Made by a program: the position numbers and the translations under genes. This document shows, piece after piece, positions 46,456 through 57,913 of a DNA stretch of 64,000 bases (position 1 is its first letter; each line of letters opens with the position of its first letter). The notes below the pieces were generated by a model, which was not told where the DNA came from, did not search any database, and saw only the letters and a program-made list of their open reading frames with translations. This DNA is from Blastocatellia bacterium (GTDB lineage Bacteria; Acidobacteriota; Blastocatellia; UBA7656), in the NCBI GenBank assembly GCA_963765495.1, contig CAVXWP010000007.1:192001-256000 (forward strand), read 5' to 3'.

Positions 46456-48243
46456 ATGCAAATCGCCATCGTGCTCGGATTGCTGGGGCTCGCCATCGTG
46501 TTGTTTGCGATGGAAAAGATCACAGTCGACATAATCACTCTGTTGTTGCTTATGGGGCTTGTGGTGTCGGGGATACTCACGCCTGCGGAAGCCTTCGCCG
46601 GGTTCAGTCAGGACATAATCATCATTCTCGCATCCATCTTCGTCATCAGCGGCGCGTTGCAGCGCAGCGGCATCATGGACGTGCTTGGCGCGCGGCTGCA
46701 CAGGGTCGCCGGAGGCAGCCGGAATCGGTTGCTGCTGGCTGTGATGGGGCTTGTGGGCGGCGTCTCTTCATTCATGAACAACACGACCGCCACCGCCATA
46801 TTCGTGCCGCCCGTGATGGGTGTGGCGAAGCAATCCGGGGTCAGCGCATCGAAACTGCTTATGCCGCTTGCCTTCGCCTCGATGCTTGGCGGCACGTGTA
46901 CGCTCATAGGGACTTCAACAAACGTCGCCGTCAGCGGCTTTATAGCAAAATCGGGGATGCAGCCTCTCTCTCTTTTTGAAATCACGCCGGTCGGCATCAT
47001 CATAGTCATAGTGGGAACGCTTTACATGTTGCTTATCGGGCAGCACCTGTTGCCCGACCACAAGGACGAGGACCTGGCGGGCGAATACGCCATACGCGAG
47101 TACATGAGCGAAATAGTTGTGTTGCCCGATTCGCATCTGGTGGGGCAGCGGATTTTCGAGTCGGACCTGTCAAAGATGGACTTCAGAATCCTGAGGGTCA
47201 TCAGAAGCGACAATCGCTTCCTGCCAAGCGGACGCACACGCATAGAGCCGGGTGATGTCCTGCTTGTAGAAGGCAAAGTGGAGGACCTGATGAAGGTCAA
47301 AGAGACGGCCGGGATAATGATAAAGGCCGATCTCAAGTTTGGAGATAAGGAATTACAGGGCGATGATGTCAAGATCGTGGAAGTGCTGATCACGCCGCAG
47401 AGCGATCTGGTCGGGCGCACGCTCAAGGAAGGTGAGTTCCGCACCCGATACGGGATGATGGCGATGGCTATCTATAGGCACGGCCACTCGTTGCGCGACA
47501 AGATCGGCCACATTCGACTGCGGATGGGAGATTTGCTGCTTGTACAGGGGCCTGCCGACCGGCTCGACTTTTTGAGACGCACGCCCGATCTGTGGATTCT
47601 CGACGAGATGAACCCGTCGCTCTTTAGAAAGAAAAAGGGGCTCTACACGGTGGCCTTCTTTACGGTGGCCATAGCTGTGGGCGCAATAGGATTGCTGCCG
47701 CTTTCGATTTCGTTTCTTGCGGCGGCGGTGCTGACGCTGCTTTTTCGCTGCATCACTACGGATGAGGCATACGAATTTATAGACTGGCGATTGATAATAC
47801 TGATCGGGGGGATGACGGCCTTTGGGACGGCGATGGACAAGACGGGCGCGGCGGCGTTTCTGGCCAACTGGATCGTCTATTTGCTGAAGCCCTACGGCGA
47901 GTTGATGATTCTGGCGGGCTTTTTCGTCATCACTATGATTCTTACTCAGCCGATGTCGAACGCGGCGGCGGCGCTCGTCGTGCTCCCCGTGGCGATGCAG
48001 ACGGCGCAGGGGATAGGCGCAAACGAGCGCACTTTTGCCATCGCCATAATGCTTGCGGCGTCGGTCTCTTTCATAACCCCTTTCGAGCCTTCCTGCATAC
48101 TGGTATACGGGCCGGGCAAATACAGATTCAGAGACTTTGCCGTCGTAGGGTTGTTTCTTACGATAATCCTGATGGCGGTCGTGCTGTTTCTGGTCCCGGT
48201 ATTCTGGCCGCTTCACCCTATGCCGGGACACGGCACGGGCTGA
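46456..48243 (+). CDS. SLC13/DASS family permease with two TrkA-C domains
   Basis: SSFMNNT, GGTCTLIGTSTN, QPMSNAA, GPGKYRF.DF. Confidence 0.9.
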   Translation: MQIAIVLGLLGLAIVLFAMEKITVDIITLLLLMGLVVSGILTPAEAFAGFSQDIIIILASIFVISGALQRSGIMDVLGARLHRVAGGSRNRLLLAVMGLVGGVSSFMNNTTATAIFVPPVMGVAKQSGVSASKLLMPLAFASMLGGTCTLIGTSTNVAVSGFIAKSGMQPLSLFEITPVGIIIVIVGTLYMLLIGQHLLPDHKDEDLAGEYAIREYMSEIVVLPDSHLVGQRIFESDLSKMDFRILRVIRSDNRFLPSGRTRIEPGDVLLVEGKVEDLMKVKETAGIMIKADLKFGDKELQGDDVKIVEVLITPQSDLVGRTLKEGEFRTRYGMMAMAIYRHGHSLRDKIGHIRLRMGDLLLVQGPADRLDFLRRTPDLWILDEMNPSLFRKKKGLYTVAFFTVAIAVGAIGLLPLSISFLAAAVLTLLFRCITTDEAYEFIDWRLIILIGGMTAFGTAMDKTGAAAFLANWIVYLLKPYGELMILAGFFVITMILTQPMSNAAAALVVLPVAMQTAQGIGANERTFAIAIMLAASVSFITPFEPSCILVYGPGKYRFRDFAVVGLFLTIILMAVVLFLVPVFWPLHPMPGHGTG

Positions 48244-48273
48244 TTCTGAGATTTGAGATTCGAGATGAGCGCG

Positions 48274-48921
48274 CTAATTGGATTTGGCGGCTGCTTTGTT
48301 CAGTTCTTCGGCGCTTTTGCTTATTTTGGCGCTGAGTTCGATGATCTCTTCGAGGTCGCTTTTGGCTTTCCGGCCAAGCTCCGCATCAATCGTGTTGGCC
48401 TTTTTGAAAAGCGGATTTGTGACAAAGCTCGTGATCGAATCATTCAGGTCCAGAAGCGGCGATCTGGCTTCGCGCTTCTCTGCTTTCGCCTCGCGCTTTT
48501 GATCTCTTTCCGATGGAGGGAGCATGAGGTTTGAGTTGAGCCGCGAGGCCCGCGTTCTGATCTCTTCCGTCGCTTCGGAGAGACGTTTATAATCGGGCGG
48601 TTCCTTTGATATGTAAGCCTTCATGATTTCGGAATTGATCTCTTGTATGCGCCCGAAGTCTTCCGTGACCTGTTTGATAGTCTCCTCGGAGGCAACGGCG
48701 CGAGGTTTCGCGTTGCGTTTTCTTTCAAGCTCGAGCCTTCTGATATTCATCTCACGAAAGTACAGATCGCGGTCGGTATCCGACATGCCCCTCGGCGGGT
48801 TTCTGCTTGGTGCTGTCGGTTTCTGTTGTGCCACGAGAGCGGCTGGCAAGATCAGCCCTAAAACCAGCGCCGCAACTACACACTTCATTAAATCGGCGGG
48901 ATTCGCATAACGGGTTTTCAT
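48274..48921 (-). CDS. Exported helical hypothetical protein (paralogue of 52884-53477)
   Basis: GGAGGAG RBS; signal peptide; RASRLNSNLMLP and FVTNPLF motifs. Confidence 0.75.
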   Translation of the reverse strand: MKTRYANPADLMKCVVAALVLGLILPAALVAQQKPTAPSRNPPRGMSDTDRDLYFREMNIRRLELERKRNAKPRAVASEETIKQVTEDFGRIQEINSEIMKAYISKEPPDYKRLSEATEEIRTRASRLNSNLMLPPSERDQKREAKAEKREARSPLLDLNDSITSFVTNPLFKKANTIDAELGRKAKSDLEEIIELSAKISKSAEELNKAAAKSN

Positions 48922-49020
48922 AACTCCTCCGATCCTTGAGTTAATCTTTTCGTTATAAGTTTTTTTGCCGGAGCGCCCAACATTTGGCCCCAGTATACCC
49001 GCCCACCCGTCTTCATTCAA

Positions 49021-49052
49021 ATGGGTGGTAACCACGGTCAGTTACCACCCAT
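49021..49052. terminator. Hairpin downstream of TonB receptor 1
   Basis: atgggtggtaac-cacggtca-gttaccacccat. Confidence 0.5.
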
Positions 49053-49084
49053 CCGTTAAAGCATGCCGCTATCTTTGCAAGCGA

Positions 49085-52000
49085 TCAGAAATTAAATCTG
49101 AGCGCGAGTTGAATGACACGCGGGTGAGAGGAAAGGACTCTGTCGGGTCTGTTGAAGAAGCCGTCAGGCGCGATAGTAGTCGGCGAAATCTGAAGCAGGT
49201 TCGTTACGGCGGCGCTCGTCTGGCTGGTTGCTTCTACGCCGTTGATGGAACCGGGAACAAACTGCGGGTGGTTGAAAGCATTAAAGAAATCGGCACGGAG
49301 TTGAAACCTCATGCTTTCACGAAACGCGAAGTTCTTAAAGACCGAGAAATCCAGATTGTTGATTCCCGGCAGTTGCAGAGTGTTGCGACCTGCGTCGGTC
49401 CTTGCAAATATCTGCGCCTGAATGTATTGAGCATTCGGGTTGTCTGCGACATAGGCGACGGTCGCGGCGTTGCCGATTGGCACGGTCGCCCCCGACCTGT
49501 TGATTGCGTGGACGGTTGTGGCCGTGCCTTCCAATCCGTTGGGGTTGATGATGGAGCGGTCGCCCGCATTGTCGCCGTTTTGATTGGCGTCAACGCCGCT
49601 TCGAACCGTGGCCTTCTCGCCCGACTCAAAAGTCAGGGTTCCGGCAAAACTCAACCCGCCCAGGAATGTGCGGGCAATCCAGTGCTCGCTGTTGTTGAAG
49701 TACGGCAGATCGTAAATCCCCGAAGCCACAAAGCGTTGGCGGTGATCGAGCGCCGAGTCGGCCTTTTCACGCTTCAGGTTCTGGAAATCTTCTACACGGC
49801 GGGGTGAAAGCACAGTGGAGAAGACCTCGGCGGTCGTGTCATCAATCAGATGGCTCCAGGTGTAAGCGCCGTTGATCTGAAAACCTTTTGCGAGGCGGCG
49901 CGTGACCTGAGCCGAGAAGCTGTTATAAGAGGAATTGCCGTTTGACAGGAAAGAAACAAGCGCGCTTGAGCCGAAACCGGCAGCCGCAAACTCCGGCTTG
50001 AATCGCGGAGGCGCTGCTGCTGCAACCTGAGCCAGTGTGGGCAGCCCGGCAAGATCGCTTCCCGACGGCTGCGAGGCAAAGGTCGGGATAAAGTTTGTAT
50101 CGGTGACACGCGACTGGATGTTGATCCGATTCTGTGTCAGCAGGTGAACGCCCCGCGTGCCCAGATAGCGCAACTCAAGACCCCAGTCCTTGAGGAACTG
50201 GCGTTGATAGCTGAGCGTGTAGGTGATCGAGTAGGGCACCTGTTGATCGGGAACATAGGAGGCGGTGGCTGCCCGCGCGTCGTCCGGGTTTGTAACGGGC
50301 GTCAGAACCGGAAGTATGCCGCCGTTCCCGAGGAAATTATGTACGCCCGGATCGACATCTATGGTCTGTGTGAATTGCGGCGGAAGCGACAGGATGTAGA
50401 GGTTATCGAATATCACATCATAGGCCATAGAGAAGCCCGCGCGGATCGAACTCGCCCCGTTTGTGCCAAACAATGTGTGCTTCCAGCCGGAGTCATAATC
50501 GGGCGCGTAGGCGATGCCAAGCCTCGGAGCGAAGTTCTTCTTTTGAGGCTTTGGCGCGCGGAAGTCGATCAGGTCGGGAACCGACGAGATTGCATTCAGC
50601 TTTTGTTGCCGCGCGCTGAAGGGCAATTGCTGATAGGCGTAGTTCAGACCGAGGTTGAGCGTCAGGTTTGGTCGCACGCGCCAGTCGTCCTGGCCGTAGA
50701 AGAACAGGAGCTTTTGATTGCCTTCGTACGGCGATATGCCTATGGAACGTTCTGAGAATTCCGGGCTGATGTCGCGCAGGAAATCTTCGGTCGAGTTGTA
50801 GTCGTAATCGCCTCGCTGGCGCTGTACAAACGACTGCGGCGAAATTATTTTGCGACCGTCGCCTCCGACCTTTATCGAATGATTGCCCCAGAGATACGAG
50901 ACATTGTCAACGAGTTGATAATTGTTCTCGATGCCGAACTGCGGGGCATTGGGATCGGGTCCGATGTTGAGGCCAAGCTCGTTTAACTGGATGTTGGGGA
51001 ACTGGTCGAGGCCCGGAAACTGGAAGTCTCCGGCGGGGTCAGAGAGACGGAACGCCGGTAGCCGAAGCGCAATTCGTTTATGAATTTCGGCGTGAAGTTG
51101 TGCACCATCGTGTAAGAGAAGAGGCGCGTATCGGTTGGCAGCAGAAGGAAGAAATCGGGCAGGCTGGCCGCGTTGTCAATCTGGCGCAATTCATTGTAAA
51201 TGTAGCGGCCACGGTGCTGCGTCTTGTCGCTCTGGGTGTAATCAATGTTGATTACGAAATGGTTGTTGTAATAGAAGTTTGGCGATGGGATATTGACGAT
51301 GCCAATCGGGATATTGACTCCGCCGACTACGATATGCTGGCTCCCGTCCTGAGCAGGCGCTACGGGAACAAACTGCTTGAGTATACCAAGGTTTGTTGAA
51401 GAGAGGCCGGGGATTCTATCGAGCGCGGCAAAACCGGCGGAGGTCGGAGTCTCAACGGCTCCGGCTCCTGCGGCCTGCCCCGACTGAAATCTTTCGAACG
51501 CCCCGAAGAAGAATAGTTTGTTCTTTATGATCGGCCCGCCGAAATCGCCTCCAAAGCGGCCATAATCAAAACGCGGGTTGGGGTTGGGGTTGTCGGGACT
51601 CGTATCGCGAGTGATGCCCGCAGCCAGATCGAGCGTATCGAGCGCATTGAGGTGCCGATTGCGGAAGAAGCCATAGGCTGTGCCGTGGAACTGGTTGGTT
51701 CCGCTTTTTGTGGCGGTGATAAATTGTCCGCCTGTCGAGCGGGCGAATTCGGCGGAATACTGATTTTGAAGGAGCGAAAATTCCGCCACATCCTCGGGCG
51801 AGACATAGACCTGCGGGCCGGTGACGGACTTGTCGTTGTTATCCACGCCGTCTACGACAAAGTTATTATTGCGCGGGCGTTGTCCGCCGATTGAGCCGCC
51901 CGTGCCTACGCCCACGCCGCCGCTGCTTGTGACGTTGGGGGCGACAAGCGCGAGATTGTAGATGCCGGTTTGTCCGGTCGTAGCCGTTTGAGCCAGGTCT

Positions 52001-52440
52001 ACGACCTGACGGGATTCGAATCCTTTGGCCAGGTTGGTTGTGGTTGCATCCACGAGTTCGGCCCCGCCTGCCGATACGGTGACCGATTCTGTTACGAGCC
52101 CCGCCGTCAGCGTGCCCGATACGTTTGTTGTCTGATTCAACTGTACGCGCACATCGTCGAGGGTCAGTGACTTGAAGTTTTCGGCTTCAATGGTGATCCT
52201 GTATTCGCCGACCGGCAAATTCTTGAATTCGAAGTCGCCGCTGTCCGAGCTTTGTGTGTTTTGTGTGTTATTGGTGCTCTTTTCAAGAATAGATATCCTG
52301 GCGCCCGGCACTACTGCGCCGGTCGAATCCTTAACAATACCGCGCACGTTGCCGAGCGTTTGTTGAGCAAGCCCCGGCGCTACAAGCGATAGCAGCAGTG
52401 CGAAGCCTGTAATCAAGCTGGCGAGATTCTTGGTTCTCAT
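49085..52440 (-). pseudogene. Oar-like TonB-dependent receptor with one frameshift (real lesion or sequencing error)
   Basis: N-terminal ORF 50983-52440 (signal peptide, carboxypeptidase-regulatory-like domain, plug) and C-terminal ORF ending IQLALRFNF join if one base is added at the G4 run 51035-51038. Confidence 0.85.
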
Positions 52441-52883
52441 ACTTAGACCTCCTAAATTTAGGTTCTCTTATATTTCTTTGTGGGAAAGCCGGTCGCTCTC
52501 ATCTCAAGGCGGGTTGCTCGTGGATTCCAGGATTGAGCATTACAATTCGCCTTTGATCAGCACGGGTCGAGATGAGGCCACAAATTTACTATCTGGAATC
52601 TGATTCCTGTCTGTCGAGCTTTGCCTGATGTGGATTTGAACAACCGATTTCGAAGCAATCTACGGACCCGAATAGCATCTATTTTTTTTGAATATATTAA
52701 GTGCTACACCTGCTGAGTTTAATGAATATTACCAGGGCAGGCAGTCTAAATTATTGAATTTATATATACAAATTTTTGGATAATATCCAAGATTTAGGAG
52801 AAAGGCGGAAGATTTACTCACAACCGGGTATGTTATATAATACGGCTCACGCTCACTTTAGAACTTAAAGAAAGGAGAGGATT

Positions 52884-53477
52884 ATGAAAGCGAGTTTCTT
52901 TTCCTTTGTCTGCGTTGTCGCCCTGTTGATGGTTGCAACGACTGCGAGGGGGCAATCACGCGTGTCTTCCACGCCTGCTGATGACACGGGCCGCGATGCC
53001 GTAGGATTCAGGATGGACCATGTTACAAAGGAGACCGTCGGTGAAACCAACGCGCCTAGAAGTCCTTCGACAAAGCAGGCCATTGAGGATTTTCTGGAGT
53101 TACAAAAAAGCAATCGCCATATACTCGATGTGTCGAAAGCCTCGCCGCTTGCTTTTGACCAGATAATCGAAAACGCAAAAGAGGTGAATAAGCGAGCCAA
53201 TCGCCTCAAAACGAGTCTTAATCTGCCAAAACCGCCGAAGTCTACGGATCAATTTAAGGAGAGCGACAATCCTTCGATAGAGGAAATGAAGGGACAAATA
53301 GAGCAGCTTAATCAGTATGTCAAAGCCTTCGTCACCAATCCCATGTTCCGCAACCTTCAGGCAGCCGATAAGGACCTGCCGTCGGAGGCGAGCGAGAATC
53401 TGCGAAATGTAATTGAGTTGAGCCGCGCCCTTCAGAAGAATGCTGATAAATTGCGACACAATGGCTCGCAGCAATAG
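52884..53477 (+). CDS. Exported helical hypothetical protein (paralogue of 48274-48921)
   Basis: Signal peptide; RANRLKTSLNLP and FVTNPMF motifs. Confidence 0.75.
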   Translation: MKASFFSFVCVVALLMVATTARGQSRVSSTPADDTGRDAVGFRMDHVTKETVGETNAPRSPSTKQAIEDFLELQKSNRHILDVSKASPLAFDQIIENAKEVNKRANRLKTSLNLPKPPKSTDQFKESDNPSIEEMKGQIEQLNQYVKAFVTNPMFRNLQAADKDLPSEASENLRNVIELSRALQKNADKLRHNGSQQ

Positions 53478-53502
53478 GCCAGGCTTTCTGTCGGGTTGAT
53501 AC

Positions 53503-53532
53503 GAAAAAGGGCGGCCGACAGCCGCCCTTTTC
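53503..53532. terminator. Bidirectional terminator between convergent genes
   Basis: gaaaaagggcggc-cgaca-gccgcccttttc. Confidence 0.8.
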
Positions 53533-53552
53533 ATTTAGCCTGCCGTTGATTC

Positions 53553-56500
53553 TTAGAAATCGAGTCGCAGTGCAAGCTGTATGACTCTGGCTCCGGATGA
53601 GCCGGGACCGCCTCCGGGTGCGATAGTCGTGGTCGAGCGCCCAACCCTCGGATCATTCAAATTGCCTATAGGCAATCCGAAATTCGGATGGTTGAACAGA
53701 TTGAAGGCATTACCCTGAAATTGCAACGAGGTGTTTTCTGTCAGTTTGAACTTTTTGTGTAAACCGAAATCTACATTGCTGAATCCGGGTCCGCTCAAAA
53801 TGTTTCGGCCTGTCGTTCCGTCGCACCACCATTGAGTGTTGCTGATGATTACGCCGTTGCCCGGTCCGCAGGCGGCGGCGGGCCCTATCTGATTGGCGCG
53901 GGTTACCATCCCGACAAATTGCGTGCTGTCGAAATAGCTATCGGCGGGGCTTTGGTTGTGGTCGATCACGCTCGTCACGTCGCCGCTGCCGATGTAGGCG
54001 GCGCGGTCGGTGAAGTAGCCGTCTCCGTTTGAGTCTTGCGAGGAACTTCCGCTGAAGACGCTGAAGGGCACTCCCGATTGCACCGATACGATGCCGGTCG
54101 CTACCCATCCACCGAGGAAGCGGTTGTCCTTAAAGAAAGGAAACTCGTAATCGAAACTGGCTACAAACCGATGGCGGAGATCGAAATCGGCCCGACCCCG
54201 GTCAAGATCGATGTTAAAGTTATCCATCGGGCGCAGACCCAGACGACTGTTAAAGGCATCGCTGATCGAATCAATCGCCTTCGAGTAGGTGTAACTGCCG
54301 TTCAACTGCAATCCGAAAGCTGCGCGATGGCGGACGCCGACCTGCAATCCGTGATAGCTTGACGTAAAGGCATTTGTACGGAAATTGTCTCCGGCTATGT
54401 TGATATTTGGTCGCCGGGTGCTTCCGTTGGCTCTGCCTGTGGATCCCGTGCCTATGCGTCCGTTGTAAGTGTTGATATCAACGACTCCGGTCAACTCACG
54501 CCCGAACGTACCGATGTAGTTTGTCTCAAGGACGGTGTCCTTTGCAAACTGCCACTGTATGCCAAAGAAGGTCTGATGGTTGAACGGAGTTTTGAGGTTC
54601 TCGTCAATGTGACGCGGCGACGGAGCTGGCGGTCCACCGGGGAAGAAGGCCGGGTTGTTAAACAGGCTCGTGCTTGTGAATGGCACGGTAAACAGCCCCG
54701 GCGTAATAAGCGGGCCTACGGGGAAGCCGTTGCCGAAAGTGCCTACTGTGTTGAAGGCGAAAAACGGCGCGTTGAAGCGGATGTTTTCGAACAGGTTGTT
54801 CCAGATACGATCATAAAATACGCCGTATCCGCCACGAACCACAAGTTTCTGGTCCTCAAAAACATCCCACGCAAACCCGACTCTGGGAGCAAAGTTGTTT
54901 TTGTCCTTGTTCCATATCTCGTGATCGCGCTGCTGGAAAGCACCATTTACGACTTCGGCGATCAGCGGGCTGTCACTGGGGAAAAAGACGTTCGCCGCGG
55001 GGTTCGGAACCGGAGTGGCGCTCGACCCGAAGAAGAAGTTGGAATCTAATCCCTTGCGGAAGTTGTGAGGCGGCCCGAAATACTCCCATCGCAAGCCGAG
55101 GTTAAGGGTCAGATTACGCCTGACCTTCCAATCGTCCTGGAAAAAGACTCCAAATTCGTTTGCGCGATAGCCCCTGTAGAACTCGGGCAGGTCGCTTGTA
55201 AGCGGATTGACCGCCGCCTGCGCAAGGGTGAATCCGCCGAAGACCGGTCCTCCGAAAATCGCCTGATCGGCTTCATCCCCAAAGAATGCATCGGTGAGAA
55301 GCTCTTCGACGCCGTGAGGCAGGAAGAGACCATTCTTGGTTGCTTCGAAGGCTGAGCCGTTGCGGGTCCGACGGTATTCGCCGCCCGCTTTGAAACTGTG
55401 CGCCCCCATCAGGAAAGAAAGCTGATCCTGATACTGGAACTGGTTGTCGGTGAAAAATTGGGGCAGGGCGCTGCTTTGCCCAAAGCCTACACCGAGCGGA
55501 TCAATGCCGGTAACGATGGACGGGACATTATCAAGTCCGGGAAGCTGCGGGAAGTCCGATCTGTGGCGAAGATAGCTTACCTTCGCTTCGTTGATAACGG
55601 TCGGGCTAAAGGTGTGTGTATAGCTGATGCCTATATTGACCCCGCGAGACGGGTTCTCGATGGGAGGTCCTATGGTTGCATCTCCACCGAAAACCGAGTT
55701 TGTGTCTTTCAAATTCTCAAGCAGGAAGGTGCCGCTCAGCCGGTCGTAATCGGAGATCGTATGATCGATCTTTGTGCTGATGCGGTACTGGTTAAATATC
55801 CTTGCGTTGAGGACCGTTACATCGCCGTAAACAGGCACCGGATAGACTATGCCGTCTGTGAACAGGCCCGCCCCGACATTTGTAAAGTTGTTTGTGGCCA
55901 GAGGGAAGCTTGTCGGATTGCTGGCCAGCAGGGATTGGAAAATCGGCCCGAGCGAGCGCGATCTTGAGAAGGCTCCCGGGCATGGCGCTCCGTTGTTGAC
56001 CACGCACAGGCCGTTCGGGTTCGATTCCTGGAAGGCCGCAAAGCGACCGCTATTGACGAAATCGAGGAACTGCTGCGTTGTGCTTGTGGTCGTGACTGGG
56101 GATGATTGGCGGAGGCGATGGAATTCGAGGCTTCCAAAGAAGAAGGTCTTCTCCTTGAGTATCGGCCCCCCGAAAGAACCGCCAAACTGGTTGCGAACCA
56201 GGGCGTCTTTGACGCCGTCGCGATTGGAAAAGAAATCGTTGGCGGCAAGCGCCTGCACGCGGTTGTACTCAAACAGCGAGCCGTGGAAGTCATTTGTGCC
56301 GCTCTTAAGCACCGTATCGGCGACGAATCCGCCTGCTTTGCCGTACTGCGCGGAATAGTTGTTTGTGATTATGCGAAATTCCTGGATGGCTTCGGGCGAA
56401 ATTGACGTGATGCCGCCTGACACGGTGGCTCCGCGCCCGCCCTGGCCCTGATCGTTGTTGTCATAACCATCAACCAGGAAATTTCCTTCGCCTCCGCGCG

Positions 56501-57044
56501 CTCCGTTGACGGCCGCGCCACGCGTGCTGCCTGCAACATTGTTTGGAACCACGCCGGGAAGAAGGTTGATGAACTCGTTCGAGTCACGGTTTTCGAGCGG
56601 GTAACTCTCCCAGACCTTGCGGTTCAACAGCGTAGAGACGCTCGCCTGTGTCGGCTGAACGAGTTGTTCGCCCCCGGCCTGAACGGTCACCGTTTCTGTG
56701 GGCTGTCCTATTTGAAGCGTGATGTCTTGCCTGACGACCTGGCCAACCGTGAGAACGACATTTTCGATCAGGGCCTGGCTAAAGCCGGAGGCTTCCACTG
56801 ATACCGTGTAATTTCCCACGGGCAACGTGGGAAATGTGTAGATTCCGGTATCATTGGCCGTTGTCGTGTGAGGGATATTCGTTCCCGTGTTGGTGGCGGT
56901 GACCTTGGCGCCTGGTACAACCGCGCCTGACGGGTCGAGCACCGTGCCGGTCAAACTCGCATTGCCTGCGCTCTGAGCGAAAACGGGTATATTGAGAGAG
57001 GCTATGAGCAAGGCAACAAGCGCTGCGGAAAAGTATTTCCTCAT
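53553..57044 (-). CDS. Oar-like TonB-dependent receptor
   Basis: Signal peptide; KSGTNDFHGS; QDDWKV..NLTLNLGLRWE; NNFAPRVGFAW; terminal IQLALRLDF. Confidence 0.95.
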   Translation of the reverse strand: MRKYFSAALVALLIASLNIPVFAQSAGNASLTGTVLDPSGAVVPGAKVTATNTGTNIPHTTTANDTGIYTFPTLPVGNYTVSVEASGFSQALIENVVLTVGQVVRQDITLQIGQPTETVTVQAGGEQLVQPTQASVSTLLNRKVWESYPLENRDSNEFINLLPGVVPNNVAGSTRGAAVNGARGGEGNFLVDGYDNNDQGQGGRGATVSGGITSISPEAIQEFRIITNNYSAQYGKAGGFVADTVLKSGTNDFHGSLFEYNRVQALAANDFFSNRDGVKDALVRNQFGGSFGGPILKEKTFFFGSLEFHRLRQSSPVTTTSTTQQFLDFVNSGRFAAFQESNPNGLCVVNNGAPCPGAFSRSRSLGPIFQSLLASNPTSFPLATNNFTNVGAGLFTDGIVYPVPVYGDVTVLNARIFNQYRISTKIDHTISDYDRLSGTFLLENLKDTNSVFGGDATIGPPIENPSRGVNIGISYTHTFSPTVINEAKVSYLRHRSDFPQLPGLDNVPSIVTGIDPLGVGFGQSSALPQFFTDNQFQYQDQLSFLMGAHSFKAGGEYRRTRNGSAFEATKNGLFLPHGVEELLTDAFFGDEADQAIFGGPVFGGFTLAQAAVNPLTSDLPEFYRGYRANEFGVFFQDDWKVRRNLTLNLGLRWEYFGPPHNFRKGLDSNFFFGSSATPVPNPAANVFFPSDSPLIAEVVNGAFQQRDHEIWNKDKNNFAPRVGFAWDVFEDQKLVVRGGYGVFYDRIWNNLFENIRFNAPFFAFNTVGTFGNGFPVGPLITPGLFTVPFTSTSLFNNPAFFPGGPPAPSPRHIDENLKTPFNHQTFFGIQWQFAKDTVLETNYIGTFGRELTGVVDINTYNGRIGTGSTGRANGSTRRPNINIAGDNFRTNAFTSSYHGLQVGVRHRAAFGLQLNGSYTYSKAIDSISDAFNSRLGLRPMDNFNIDLDRGRADFDLRHRFVASFDYEFPFFKDNRFLGGWVATGIVSVQSGVPFSVFSGSSSQDSNGDGYFTDRAAYIGSGDVTSVIDHNQSPADSYFDSTQFVGMVTRANQIGPAAACGPGNGVIISNTQWWCDGTTGRNILSGPGFSNVDFGLHKKFKLTENTSLQFQGNAFNLFNHPNFGLPIGNLNDPRVGRSTTTIAPGGGPGSSGARVIQLALRLDF

Positions 57045-57656
57045 CGTTTAGACCTCCTTAGTTTCATAACGGAGCTTAATCAAATGCCATCTAACTACAT
57101 ACCAGGGCATCTCTGATTGTGAGATCATTGAGGAATTTTGTAGTTCTTCGCCGTGGAACTGCTGAAAGATATGCAATCAATTAAACCCGTCATAGGTTTA
57201 TTCCACATTTACAAGGAAGCGGCTAATCTCATTTCCCAAGACTGCCGCAATGATCCTGTAGCAATTTCCCTGGCATACTCGATAGCCGGAAGGAAATCGG
57301 GCTGAATCGATCAGTGCGTCGGAGCAAGCGTTAGCAATTAAAAAAATCAGCACCTGAAAAATTCATAACGTTATGTTGGATTGCAACTATTATGCCTGAA
57401 AAAAATACGCGTCAGGATATTATAAGTGCCTTATTTGATAATGATTTAAGGAGGTTTTGTGTTCATCCTGCCATAGAGGTATATTCGAAAATATGGAAAT
57501 CATCCATAAAAATGGAGATTCGTAGGTTTTATCATAAAACACGAGAAAGGGGCTTTGAGAAACGATGTGAGAATAGAAGCAGCCGTCGAAAAACGCGTTT
57601 CCGGGCCATTCAGCTTTCCAAAATGTAGAACTGGAAAATAGAAATAGGTCGGGCCG

Positions 57657-57800
57657 CAGGGCCATTTAATTTCTCAGGAAAATCTTAGCGAGCTTTGCGT
57701 TTTTGCGACTTGCGAAGCCACAGATAGTTTCAAAGTCGCAAAGCTTGCTAAGAGGTTTCATTAAGAAAGTTGCAGTCTTCTTGAGAATTAAATGGCCCTG
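57657..57800. mobile_element. 144-bp MITE with CAGGG ends (ISAs1-like termini)
   Basis: 15-bp perfect TIR CAGGGCCATTTAATT; flanking direct repeats GGTCGGGCCG (57647-57656) and GGTCGGGACG (57801-57810). Confidence 0.75.
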
Positions 57801-57842
57801 GGTCGGGACGGATGCGGGCAGTTGGGATCGGCTATATCTGGC

Positions 57843-57872
57843 TTGACAAGAAAAACCGCTTTTTCGTATTCT
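57843..57872 (+). promoter_or_regulatory. Candidate sigma70 promoter of the rplM operon
   Basis: TTGACA-18 nt-TATTCT. Confidence 0.55.
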
Positions 57873-57913
57873 ACTAGTTCGTCTTTTTTACGCTAGATTT
57901 GGAGATTCGTATC

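Noticed and set aside
52654-52669. Sigma54 promoter for TonB receptor 1 (GG-N10-GC on the minus strand)
   Set aside because: The match to TGGCAC at -24 is poor and there is no equivalent upstream of receptor 2.
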